This document shows positions 19,296 through 28,715 of a DNA stretch of 64,000 nt, piece by piece. How positions within the stretch are numbered: position 1 is the first letter of the stretch; each line of letters begins with the position of its first letter. Made by a program: the position numbers and the translations under genes. The notes below the pieces were generated by a model that saw only the letters and a list, made by a program, of their open reading frames with translations, was not told the DNA's origin and did not search any database. Origin of the DNA: a bacterium (GTDB lineage Bacteria; Fidelibacterota; Fidelibacteria; Fidelibacterales; Fidelibacteraceae); assembly GCA_963676395.1 (NCBI GenBank), contig OY781066.1:704001-768000 (forward strand), read 5' to 3'.

Positions 19296-19985
19296 TTGAA
19301 AGAAAAAGACACATGCTGTTACTGTGGTAAGAACTCTGAGTCAAGAGACCATATCCCATCCAAAAATTTATTGGAAAAACCATTTCCAGATAATTTATTA
19401 ACAGTACCGTCTTGCATAAAGTGTAATCAATCATTTTCATTAGACGAAGAATATTTTCTAAATGTATTAGTTGAGATTTCAAACAATCCGACTTTAATCG
19501 CAAAAAAAGAGCCTAACGGTAATGTTTATAAAGCACGAAAGCGGTCAAAAAAATTAAATGATAGAATTGAAAATTCATTGATTCAGTTAGAAGATGGAAA
19601 AATCTATTTTAGAATGGAAGAAAACAGAATTAAAAAAGTTATAGAGAAAAATGCACTTGGACTCTACTTCCATAAATACCATAAACTTGCTAACCTGAAT
19701 AAATTTAATTGTACTGGATTCTATCCGTTTTCAGTTGAAGAAACAAGACCTGCAGAAATTTTCATGTTGACTTATTCTGAAAAATTTAGAGCCAAAAGAT
19801 GGACAACAATTCAAGAGAATGTTTTTTCATATATAGTTGTACGAGATTGGAGGAGAGGAAAAAAATTGACAATGATTTTTCATATTCATAACACAGTATG
19901 GTGTATTATTGAAATTCCATTTCCAACATCAACGAAAAGATTAAAAAGACAAAAGAATTCTCATACTGAAAAAATAAATTTATGA
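19296..19985 (+). CDS. HNH-like endonuclease
   Basis: CCYCG...RDHIPSK...TVPSCIKCN; TTG start. Confidence 0.7.
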   Translation: MKEKDTCCYCGKNSESRDHIPSKNLLEKPFPDNLLTVPSCIKCNQSFSLDEEYFLNVLVEISNNPTLIAKKEPNGNVYKARKRSKKLNDRIENSLIQLEDGKIYFRMEENRIKKVIEKNALGLYFHKYHKLANLNKFNCTGFYPFSVEETRPAEIFMLTYSEKFRAKRWTTIQENVFSYIVVRDWRRGKKLTMIFHIHNTVWCIIEIPFPTSTKRLKRQKNSHTEKINL

Positions 19986-20398
19986 ATAAACCACAAAAAT
20001 ACATTATTTCATTTCTACCTGCTGCAATATTTTTGTTCAACCAAATATTGATAATGTTTATTCGACCGATTATTCCTGCCAATAGATTTGAGTTACTATC
20101 AGAAATATTTGGTTGGTTACCCAACTATTTAGCTTCAGTCGGATTTGTTCTTATGAGTATGCTCCTATTAATAATTATAAAGGAATTAAAGCTGGATAAA
20201 AAGTACGCACGTTATTATAATATATATATGATTTTTATATCAGTGATTGCATTATTTGGTTTTATATGGTGGGAAAATCAACAGAAAAACAACTCGATGA
20301 TATATGATTTAAAAGATATTTATGCAACAGTTTGCGGCGTTATTACTGGATATTCAATATTTTTAATATTATACTTTAAACATAAATTCAACAACTAA
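19982..20398 (+). CDS. Hypothetical four-TM membrane protein
   Basis: Four hydrophobic segments; WLPNYLA and D..D..AT..G patterns. Confidence 0.6.
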   Translation: MNKPQKYIISFLPAAIFLFNQILIMFIRPIIPANRFELLSEIFGWLPNYLASVGFVLMSMLLLIIIKELKLDKKYARYYNIYMIFISVIALFGFIWWENQQKNNSMIYDLKDIYATVCGVITGYSIFLILYFKHKFNN

Positions 20399-20448
20399 AA
20401 GATATTAATTCTGATAAATTAACGAACAAGTTGACTTTAAATGACAAA

Positions 20449-20593
20449 CACCAGCATACAACAATGTGTATAATTCATAAGGGTTTCAGAGGTTTTCGAT
20501 CGGTTTCACCCGAATCAATTTTGGGTGGTAACTTGATAAGTTTGAAGCCCACAATCCCTTACGAAATCATACACTTAACGTTAGCGTGTATTA
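20449..20593 (+). repeat. attC-like cassette site, copy 5
   Basis: Core highly similar to copy 4: ATACAAC-AAT-GTGTATAATTCATAAGGG...CCCTTACGAAATCATACAC-TTAAC-GTTAGCGTG. Confidence 0.88.
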
Positions 20594-20645
20594 CCACAAC
20601 AGAGACATAGATCGCAAAGTTTCTTTATAGGAATATTTAGCTAAA

Positions 20646-21089
20646 ATGAGAATTGAGAAAATTATCAATAACAAAAAGAAATACCTTGATTTATTGCTGT
20701 TAGCGGATGAGTCAGAGGATATGATTGACAGATATTTGGAAAGTGGAGATATGTTTGCACTATTCGATGATGACGTTAAAACTGTTTGTGTTGTTGCTGC
20801 AATAGATAAAGAAACTTGCGAATTGAAAAACATAGCAACTTATGAGAAATATCAAGGTAGAGGATATGCTAAAGCATTAATAAATTATATTTCTAATTTT
20901 TACAAAAACGATTATAAAACAATGCAACTCGGAACAGGCGATATCCCAGCAATTTTGTCATTTTATGAAAATTGCGGATTCAAAATATCACATCGATTAA
21001 AGAATTTTTTTACTGACAATTATGACCATCCAATGTTTGAAGACGGAATACAGCTTATAGATATGGTTTATCTAAAGAAAAAATTATAA
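20646..21089 (+). CDS. GNAT family acetyltransferase
   Basis: [15 protein letters not shown]...YQGRGYAK and FYENCGF motifs. Confidence 0.88.
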   Translation: MRIEKIINNKKKYLDLLLLADESEDMIDRYLESGDMFALFDDDVKTVCVVAAIDKETCELKNIATYEKYQGRGYAKALINYISNFYKNDYKTMQLGTGDIPAILSFYENCGFKISHRLKNFFTDNYDHPMFEDGIQLIDMVYLKKKL

Positions 21090-21105
21090 TAGCTAAATTA
21101 TTAAG

Positions 21106-21285
21106 ATGAAATCCATTGATGTAAAACAAGCAATAGATAGTGATGTCGAAAGAACAACCCGGTTATTTTATGATACAATTCAGAATGTCAATATAAGGGA
21201 TTATTCCCAGGAAGAGGTTGACGATTGGTCATCATGGAAAACTGATACAAATAAGTGCTTGGATAAAATGAAATTGAGAAATTAA
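21106..21285 (+). pseudogene. Truncated YafP-like GNAT (N-terminal 59 aa)
   Basis: Manual translation MKSIDVKQAIDSDVERTTRLFYDTIQNVNIRDYSQEEVDDWS... stops before the acetyl-CoA motif. Confidence 0.6.
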
Positions 21286-21340
21286 TTAATGAATATTCAA
21301 AAAATTAAATTACCGGCATAACAGGTGAACTATATAAGAC

Positions 21341-22339
21341 ATGAGATTACAAATAAAACATAAAGAATTGAAGAGATTGAAAAAAAGAACAGGATTTACC
21401 ATTACTATTTTTGTTGCAATTATGAATGTTATTACAATACATGCGCAAACCAGGTCACTTAAAGAAACTGATTTAATTTGTTCAAATAATGAAAAACCTC
21501 ATGTCGCATTTTCTTTTGATGATGGTTCAACAAAAGACAAACTTACTTACAAAAATTCGGAATGGAATTCGATGATACGAAAACAACTGAAGGATAATCA
21601 TATTCAAGCAGTTTGGTTTGTTGCGGCAAAAGGAATGGATAACGACAAAGGTAAACAGTTGTTGGAAAAGTGGAACAAAGATGGCCATCTGATCGCAAAT
21701 CACACGTATAGCCATTTCAATTACAATGATTCTTTAATGACTTGTAAAGCATATACCAAAGATATACTGAAATGCGATTCATTGATAAGCAGTTATACAA
21801 ATTATAAAAAAATAGTTCGCTTTCCGTATTTAAACGGAGGTAACACTATCTCGAAACGAGACAGCTTGCTTGATTTTCTTCAACAAAATGATTATCGGCA
21901 AGGATGGGTAACTATTGATAATTGTGAATGGTATATAAATATGAGATTGATGAATCGTTTAAAAGAAAATCCTGATGCCGATTTTAGTGGATTTGGAGCG
22001 TATTACGTTAATCATATTTTCGAAATGGCACAACATTACAATAAGCTTTCAACTCAGATTAATCAACGGCAAATAACACACTCTCTCTTATTGCATTTCA
22101 ATCTGACTTCAGCACTGTTTTTAAATGATTTGATTGAAAAATTCAGAAAAGAAGGATGGATAATTGATAATTACAGCGAAGCAATGAATGACCCGGTTTA
22201 TTCAGGTCAACCTATTGCAATACCATCCGAACAAAGTATAATTTGGATGCAAGCAAAGCAAAAAGGTGGATTTGAATTAGATTACGATGAAGAAAACATC
22301 AAACATCAGGAAGACAAAATGGCTAAATTGGGATTATAA
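21341..22339 (+). CDS. Polysaccharide deacetylase (NodB-like)
   Basis: FSFDDG, IANHTYSH, RFPYL and LLLH motifs; start uncertain. Confidence 0.85.
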   Translation: MRLQIKHKELKRLKKRTGFTITIFVAIMNVITIHAQTRSLKETDLICSNNEKPHVAFSFDDGSTKDKLTYKNSEWNSMIRKQLKDNHIQAVWFVAAKGMDNDKGKQLLEKWNKDGHLIANHTYSHFNYNDSLMTCKAYTKDILKCDSLISSYTNYKKIVRFPYLNGGNTISKRDSLLDFLQQNDYRQGWVTIDNCEWYINMRLMNRLKENPDADFSGFGAYYVNHIFEMAQHYNKLSTQINQRQITHSLLLHFNLTSALFLNDLIEKFRKEGWIIDNYSEAMNDPVYSGQPIAIPSEQSIIWMQAKQKGGFELDYDEENIKHQEDKMAKLGL

Positions 22340-22356
22340 AAATTACTCCCAATACT

Positions 22357-22656
22357 ATGCTTGATTTCGGATCATCACAAAATCCATTGGTAACAAGTGT
22401 ACATCATCAATCAGTAAAGAAAACAGGGGAAAATTTCCGGGTAATTGCAACGTCATTAGATAGAAAAGTCGTAGAAGCTATTGCCAATACAAAATTTAAG
22501 AATGTTTACGGCGTTCAGTTTCATCCGGAGTTTTCAACTTTATATAAACAGAAAGAGTTTAGAAATTCAAAAAACAATATTGTTTCATTTAACGATAATG
22601 ATAAACAATTTCTTAAACATTTTTGGAAAGATTTCAGTTTAAGATTATATGCTTAA
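22357..22656 (+). pseudogene. C-terminal fragment of peptidase C26 / gamma-glutamyl hydrolase
   Basis: VTSVHHQSV...VEAI...GVQFHPE present; nucleophile-containing N-terminal half absent. Confidence 0.7.
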
Positions 22657-22757
22657 AAAACAAAGAAAACGATGGGCATGTCCATCATGTGGTGGTGTCG
22701 TTTATTTTTATCATTACAGATGTAGTAAATGTGATAAAACTGTAGATGTGTGATTTT

Positions 22758-22915
22758 CCACATCGCCTAACAGCGAATATGCTCTACGGCTTCGCCTTGG
22801 CCTTCTTCAAATTAACCCTTTGAATATTTTCTAAAAAATTATGATATTACTCTATAGAATATATTCACACCCACAAAGGGCTGAGTTTACTTCATATTTT
22901 CGTTAACGGCAATTA
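22758..22915 (+). repeat. Divergent attC-like site, copy 6
   Basis: GCCTAAC (22765-71)..GAATATG...CATATTTTC-GTTAACGGCAAT (GTT at 22902); interior unrelated to copies 1-5. Confidence 0.55.
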
Positions 22916-22931
22916 AACAAGAGAGACAAAC

Positions 22932-24113
22932 ATGACACAGAGAACACTTACTTTACTCCTCATTTTACTCTTAAGCTTCATTGGAACTGAGAGTTTGAAA
23001 GCACAGCAAAACACAGTCAAGCAAGATGAAACTATTTTTGTTTGGGGCGGAGATATTAACACAAAGTTTGTCCAATATGTCGCTGATCTGACAAAAAAAG
23101 AACATCCCAAAATCTGTTACTTACCAACGGCAAGTGCAGACAACCCGGATAATATTAAATATTGGGAAAATATATGTAATAGGTTACAATTAGATACTCT
23201 AATTCTAAAAGTGTGGGTAAGTTCTTCAGATAAAAATCAATCATTTGAAGACATCCTTCTGAACTCTGATGCCATCGTGGTTGGCGGGGGTAATACCTTG
23301 AATATGCTGGGAATTTGGAAAGCGCAAGGCATAGATAATATTTTGAAAAAAGCATTAAAAAATGGAATAATTTTATCGGGAGGAAGTGCCGGTTCAATAT
23401 GTTGGTTTCAGAACGGTATCAGCGATTCACGCCCTGTCAACTTAAGTATTGTCAAAGGCTTGGGTTTTTTACCTTTTAGCAATTGCCCGCATTACTCACA
23501 AGAATCAAGGAAAGACTTATATCATCAAATGATAAAAAACAGGAAAATGAATCCGGGTTATGCAACTGATGAGCTATCCGGAATCCTTTTCAAAAATGGG
23601 AAAGCTGTAAAATCCATCAGCCAAAGCGACCTACACAAGGCTTATTTTGTAAATCGTAAAAAAGGAATAATTAAAGAGACTAAACTCAAATCAGACTTTT
23701 TACTTAAGAAAAATGCTCTTCCTGAAGGCTCTTATTCCTCCCAATCCATAAAAAAGAAAATTAATGATCTATTAGATTCCAATGACAGTTCCTCGCCAAT
23801 GAATGCGTGTATTTCTGACATAAAATCCATAAGATTAAACAAAGAGAACATGAGTGAATCGGCAAAGAAAAAAGTGTTGGATATGGGTATCGAAAAAATA
23901 TTCATTTACCAAAATAAAATAGCTGGAATTGTTAACAACGCCTACCTTGACTCTTTTGGATATGGCATGTGGTATTATTATAACTGCAACGGTATTTGGA
24001 AAAGTATGGGAGAAGACATAGGCGGAAAAACAATATTTGAAAGTGAAATTACATTTCGGGAAAAAGCAAAAACAATTATCAAAAAAGCTGAAAATAAATT
24101 AAACTGCCGCTAA
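22932..24113 (+). CDS. Secreted peptidase E (S51)-like protein
   Basis: Signal peptide; LPTAS, VGGGNTLNML, GGSAGS and CPHY motifs; stop codon falls in the TAAC core of the next site. Confidence 0.85.
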   Translation: MTQRTLTLLLILLLSFIGTESLKAQQNTVKQDETIFVWGGDINTKFVQYVADLTKKEHPKICYLPTASADNPDNIKYWENICNRLQLDTLILKVWVSSSDKNQSFEDILLNSDAIVVGGGNTLNMLGIWKAQGIDNILKKALKNGIILSGGSAGSICWFQNGISDSRPVNLSIVKGLGFLPFSNCPHYSQESRKDLYHQMIKNRKMNPGYATDELSGILFKNGKAVKSISQSDLHKAYFVNRKKGIIKETKLKSDFLLKKNALPEGSYSSQSIKKKINDLLDSNDSSSPMNACISDIKSIRLNKENMSESAKKKVLDMGIEKIFIYQNKIAGIVNNAYLDSFGYGMWYYYNCNGIWKSMGEDIGGKTIFESEITFREKAKTIIKKAENKLNCR

Positions 24114-24205
24114 CATTTTGTTTAAGCAAAAGCCGGGAAATACCGCACACTCCAACAATTTACTGTTGATAGCAAGTGCAGCAGAGCCACAGAGTACTTA
24201 AACAA
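24101..24205 (+). repeat. Degenerate attC-like site, copy 7 (right GTT core lost)
   Basis: AAACTGCCGCTAAC-ATT-TTGTTTAAG ... CTTAAACAA. Confidence 0.55.
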
Positions 24206-24225
24206 CCACTAAAAAAGATTAAAAT

Positions 24226-24900
24226 ATGGGATACTATATTAACTTAGAAAAAATATCAATTGATGATTATCGGATAAAATTAGAATCAGCTTATCTGCCA
24301 CCGAGCAGACTGATCCTTAAGGACAAATTGGATGAACGATTTGGATATTTTAAGAGCATTGGAATTAAAAATGTTAAAGAATTGATACAGATACTCAAAA
24401 AAAAGGACAAAATAGCTGAACTATCAAAAGTTGATTGTTTATCGGGTGATTATTTGAAAATATTGCTTAGAGAATTAAACAGTACACTACCAAAACCTAA
24501 TAAGTTTGCCGATTTTACTGGAATTTCACAAGAAACAGTTGATAAACTAAAAAATATTGGCATAAAAAATACAGCGAAATTGTATGATAAAGTTTTAACA
24601 AAATCAGACCGGCAAAAGCTTACTGAGGCAACAGGCATAGCTGACAAAGAGATTTTAGAATTGACTAAATTGACAGATTTATCAAGAATTAAATGGGTTG
24701 GAGTGACGTTTGCCAGAATGCTTTACGATTTAAAAATAGATACAGTGGAAAAAGCATCAAAATCTGACCCGGTCAATTTACATTCAATGATAAACCAATT
24801 AAATAAGGAAAAAAGCATTTATAAAGGACAAATTGGATTGAACGACATTAAAATATTCGTGAATGCCGCAAAAGAAATACCTTTGGAGATAGAATATTAA
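24226..24900 (+). CDS. DUF4332-like helix-hairpin-helix protein
   Basis: KLKNIGIKNT...DLSRIKWVGVTFARMLYD..IDTV pattern. Confidence 0.7.
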   Translation: MGYYINLEKISIDDYRIKLESAYLPPSRLILKDKLDERFGYFKSIGIKNVKELIQILKKKDKIAELSKVDCLSGDYLKILLRELNSTLPKPNKFADFTGISQETVDKLKNIGIKNTAKLYDKVLTKSDRQKLTEATGIADKEILELTKLTDLSRIKWVGVTFARMLYDLKIDTVEKASKSDPVNLHSMINQLNKEKSIYKGQIGLNDIKIFVNAAKEIPLEIEY

Positions 24901-24975
24901 TAAATAAACAAAAAATTATGCACACCCTCATACCTTACTTGCAATATACTCAACATTAAATAAGCAAATCTCTTT

Positions 24976-25001
24976 AAACTTCTGCCAACATTTTAACCGT
25001 T
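24976..25001 (+). repeat. Collapsed terminal site remnant
   Basis: AAACTTCTGCCAAC-ATTTT-AACCGTT: left end ACT-N6-AAC joined almost directly to the ACCGTT right end. Confidence 0.45.
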
Positions 25002-25018
25002 CAACTTTTCAACCCCAC

Positions 25019-25045
25019 AAAAAAAGGACCCGTTTCCGGATCCTC
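25019..25045 (-). terminator. Intrinsic terminator of yitT-like gene
   Basis: Minus strand GAGGATCCGGAAACGGGTCCTTTTTTT. Confidence 0.75.
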
Positions 25046-25076
25046 ATATTTCTTCGTTATCCGTTGTTAACGGATC

Positions 25077-25958
25077 TTATTCTTCATTCAAAGTCGTTCG
25101 TTCTCTAAATCCATCACCTTGCATAATGGAAACATTTGTAATCGTAACAAAAGCAAATGGATCTTCACGCTTTACAATACGACGAATATGTTCGATCTGG
25201 CGGGTGGCAACAACGCAGTACAATGTTTTCATATCTTTTTCGGTATACATTCCGACTGAATTCAATCCGGTAACACCACGATTTACTTCATTCATAATAC
25301 GATGTGCGATCACATCCCATTTGTCTGAGATAATCGTGATAGCTCGTTCTGAAGTTAAACCTTCTACGATCATATCAACAACTTTTGATGATATTGCCAA
25401 TGAGATCAAGCAGAAAAGAATAACATCAATATTCTTAAAAATCAATCCCATAGAAATAATAATAATGGTATCAATGATCATAAAAGACATACCAAGTGAG
25501 AAATGAAAATACTTATTTAAAATACGAGCAATAATATCAGATCCACCGGTAGTACCGCGACCTTTCATAATAACGCCTAATCCGCCACCTAATAGTAAAC
25601 CACCATAAATTGTAGCCAGTAAAGGATCGGTTGTTACAGGTGGGATTTTTAAAATGACATCAATAAGATCAGAAAAAAAAGAGATCCAAATAATACCCCA
25701 TAAAGTTTTCATTCCAAACTTACGACCAAATATCTTTACGCCAATCAGAAACAAGGGAACGTTCATCGCCAACATAGTAACACCTGCCGGCCAATTGAAT
25801 ATATGATACAGAATCGTCGAAATACCGGAAACACCCCCGGCAGATACTTTATTGGGTAGCAAAAACAACATCAAACCGATGGCCATGATCAATGAACCGA
25901 CAACGATCATCCCGTAATCCAATAAATTCTTTTTTCTTATTTTATCTCGTTCTGACAT
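25077..25958 (-). CDS. YitT family membrane protein
   Basis: GGVSGI, GTTGGSDIIA and DPFAFVTI motifs; ATG at 25958 with GGAGG RBS. Confidence 0.88.
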   Translation of the reverse strand: MSERDKIRKKNLLDYGMIVVGSLIMAIGLMLFLLPNKVSAGGVSGISTILYHIFNWPAGVTMLAMNVPLFLIGVKIFGRKFGMKTLWGIIWISFFSDLIDVILKIPPVTTDPLLATIYGGLLLGGGLGVIMKGRGTTGGSDIIARILNKYFHFSLGMSFMIIDTIIIISMGLIFKNIDVILFCLISLAISSKVVDMIVEGLTSERAITIISDKWDVIAHRIMNEVNRGVTGLNSVGMYTEKDMKTLYCVVATRQIEHIRRIVKREDPFAFVTITNVSIMQGDGFRERTTLNEE

Positions 25959-26118
25959 AAACGCCTCCACCAAAAATTGAGAGAATATAATCCTTTGAGA
26001 ATCAAGAGACAAGTGACAAATATAAAGAAATATGAGGGGGCTCAACATGTCGAGTCCCGGTATTATTCGGTCTGGATATATTCATATTCAATATCAATTT
26101 TCATATTCAATTAAAACT

Positions 26119-27204
26119 TTATTTCTTAACTGCCATTAACAAAGCGATACCAACAACAGCAAAGAATATATTAGGCATCCAAACTGCCCAAAATGGATCC
26201 ATTACTCCCGCAACTCCAAGAACCTTACCAAAGGTCAAAAACACATAGAAGGTAAACAGCAAGACGAGACTGGTGGCCACGCCCCCTCCATATCCACTGG
26301 ATCGTGTTTGAAAAGTCACTAAGGGAATACCGATCAAGATCACGATAAAGCAAGCAAAATTCATTGCTACTCTAAAATACAAATTGGTTTCCCAACGCAT
26401 TGTTTCCATGCCCAACTGCTTAGAACGATCAATAAAACCGCGTAATTGTCTAAAGGTCATATTTTCGGGTTTTACACTTTTTTGCCGTAATTCTTTAGGA
26501 GAGACATCCAAATCCAGTATCAATGAATCTCGTTTAAAAAATTTAACATCATCACCATCAAATATCCGGTGTTGTACTTTTAACAATAGCCATTTTTCTT
26601 CGTCTTCAAGCCAACGTATATGGGGTGCATCTTTTCTTTCGACGATCTTTCCATCTATGACTTTGTGTAATCCGGCATATCTGCCACGCCCATTTACAAT
26701 ATTATAGCGTCGAATGGTAAACACCTGATGATCCGGTAACTGAAAATATACTTGCCGATGGATCTTTTGATCATATGACCTGTTGGTCAGTTTCATGTTA
26801 TTTTGGACGAATTCAGTCACTTCATGCTGAGCAGGAACAACGACTCTATCTTCAAATAAAAACGAAAAAACACTTAAACAAAAACCAAAGATCAAAAAAG
26901 GAAGCGCAAGACGATATAAACTTAAACCACTAACTTTCATCGCAGTTAGTTCATTAAATTTATTGCTTTGTCCAAAGAAAAAAACAACAGCCAATAAAGC
27001 AGATACGGGAAAACACCAGTGAAGCATCCAGGGGATCATTAACCAATAATAATGCAAAACCTCCGCAAAGGTCATTTTATTATCAAGAAATTGAGCGATT
27101 TTTTGAACCAGATCAACAAGAAGAAAAATACAAATAAATGTCAACATGATAAAAAAGAAAGTTCGCAGATATTGCTTTAACATATAGCGATCCAACAACT
27201 TCAT
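26119..27204 (-). CDS. LptF/LptG family LPS export permease
   Basis: MKLLDRY, NELTAMKVSGLS..RL and AVWMPN motifs. Confidence 0.88.
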   Translation of the reverse strand: MKLLDRYMLKQYLRTFFFIMLTFICIFLLVDLVQKIAQFLDNKMTFAEVLHYYWLMIPWMLHWCFPVSALLAVVFFFGQSNKFNELTAMKVSGLSLYRLALPFLIFGFCLSVFSFLFEDRVVVPAQHEVTEFVQNNMKLTNRSYDQKIHRQVYFQLPDHQVFTIRRYNIVNGRGRYAGLHKVIDGKIVERKDAPHIRWLEDEEKWLLLKVQHRIFDGDDVKFFKRDSLILDLDVSPKELRQKSVKPENMTFRQLRGFIDRSKQLGMETMRWETNLYFRVAMNFACFIVILIGIPLVTFQTRSSGYGGGVATSLVLLFTFYVFLTFGKVLGVAGVMDPFWAVWMPNIFFAVVGIALLMAVKK

Positions 27205-27205
27205 T

Positions 27206-28429
27206 TTATTTCCCCATTGTTTGGCGCAATTTGATATAATCAATGCTTTTAGGTGTTGATCTCAATATGGTAAATTCAAGATTATTGATAGTTAACACTT
27301 CAGACGATCCGGGGAAACGATCAAGATGATCAAGCAGATATCCGGCGATGGTTTCATATTCACCTTCGGGAATATCCAATCCATATTCATTATTTAAAAA
27401 ATCAATCTCTGTTCGTCCACTCATTGAAAGCTCACCACTTGGATGTCGTCTTACTTCCTCTATATTTTCATCATATTCATCATCAAATTCTCCAAAGATT
27501 TCCTCAACAATATCTTCCATTGTTACCATACCCGAAGAAACCCCAAATTCATCAACAATAATGGCGATACTTGTTTTGCTATCTTGAAATTCTTTTAGCA
27601 GTTCGATCACATTTTTAGATTCGGGAAAAAACTTAATAGGTCTGATAATGTGCTCAAGCTTATCTTCTCGATTCATTACATCACGAAGTGATACATAGCC
27701 GATAATCTGATCAATATTATCCCGATAAATAATAATCTTTGAGAAGCCGGATTGAATAAAAGTTTTTTTCAAGTCAAGAATGGAGCAATCTTCATCGACT
27801 GCAACAATGTCTGTTCTCGGAGTAATGATCTCACCGGCAGTTGTCTCTGAAAAGCCAAAAAGGTTATTAATATATTTCTTTTTTTCCTCGTTAATAATAC
27901 CGTGATCATAACTCTCAAAAATTCGTTGTTCGATCTCTTCGCGACGAATCATAATATTTAAAGGTTCGCCATCACTTTTTAATAATTTGATCAAGAATGC
28001 AATGATCTTTTCAAAAACTCGTGCAATGGGATGCAAAATAATACCGGGAACTTTCATTACCGCCGTAGAAAACAATAAAAATGAGTTCGGTTTTATGCGA
28101 ACCAATGACTTGGGTAATACTTCACCTAGTACAAGAACTGCCGCAGCTATAAATATAATAACCAGCCACCATGAAAAACCATATGCTGACAAAGCCAAAG
28201 TTGCAAACGTTGTTGTTAAAACATTTGTAAGGGTATTACCAACTAAGATCATGGTAAGGAAATGTTGCCTATCTTCATAGACTTTTAAAGCTGACGTGGC
28301 AAAGGCTTTGTTTTGGGATTCCCATTTTTGTAATTGGAGAGGGTGAGCCGAAATCACAGCCATCTCAGAAGCCGAGAAAAAGGCCGATAGTATAAGTCCG
28401 ACAGCTGCAAGAATAATTTCTGTTATCAT
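27206..28429 (-). CDS. CNNM/CBS/CorC (hemolysin-family) protein
   Basis: SAFFSASEMA, GEVLPK, TPRTD and VDEFG...VTMEDIVEEIFGE motifs. Confidence 0.9.
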   Translation of the reverse strand: MITEIILAAVGLILSAFFSASEMAVISAHPLQLQKWESQNKAFATSALKVYEDRQHFLTMILVGNTLTNVLTTTFATLALSAYGFSWWLVIIFIAAAVLVLGEVLPKSLVRIKPNSFLLFSTAVMKVPGIILHPIARVFEKIIAFLIKLLKSDGEPLNIMIRREEIEQRIFESYDHGIINEEKKKYINNLFGFSETTAGEIITPRTDIVAVDEDCSILDLKKTFIQSGFSKIIIYRDNIDQIIGYVSLRDVMNREDKLEHIIRPIKFFPESKNVIELLKEFQDSKTSIAIIVDEFGVSSGMVTMEDIVEEIFGEFDDEYDENIEEVRRHPSGELSMSGRTEIDFLNNEYGLDIPEGEYETIAGYLLDHLDRFPGSSEVLTINNLEFTILRSTPKSIDYIKLRQTMGK

Positions 28430-28715
28430 GTTGTATTTTATTGAAAAAGAGCTTTAAATACAACGGAGAACTGAGAATTGAGAGTTGATAATTTAATTAA
28501 TAATTTAACATCAAATATGTGGTTTGTTGTCATCCGGAGCATACTATAAAACCGTTAAAGGTATCTTTTATTTTAAAAACCCTATGATTAACCTGAAGTT
28601 TATTGAAACAACAATCTGAACTTAATATATCTGCATGCAAATTTCTTAAATAAGATTTCATTATAATCAACTAAAAATCCTTGCATAGAATTATAAAGAA
28701 TATTAATATTCGCTA

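Larger units (their letters stand above)
8955..25001 (+). mobile_element. Integron-like element: integrase plus gene-cassette array
   Basis: Integrase followed by co-oriented, visibly AT-richer genes separated by related ~130-bp inverted-repeat sites, between housekeeping rsgA and yitT. Confidence 0.85.

Noticed and set aside
11401..20593. Intergenic repeats as a CRISPR array
   Set aside because: Units are ~130 bp and separated by whole genes; no cas genes are present
21307..21330. AAATTACCGGCATAAC as an additional cassette end
   Set aside because: It resembles a left core but has no ACT-N6-AAC spacing or downstream stem, so it is too weak to call
8955..25001. Prophage or ICE interpretation of the island
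   Set aside because: No phage structural, replication or conjugation genes, and no flanking direct repeat or tRNA target was seen
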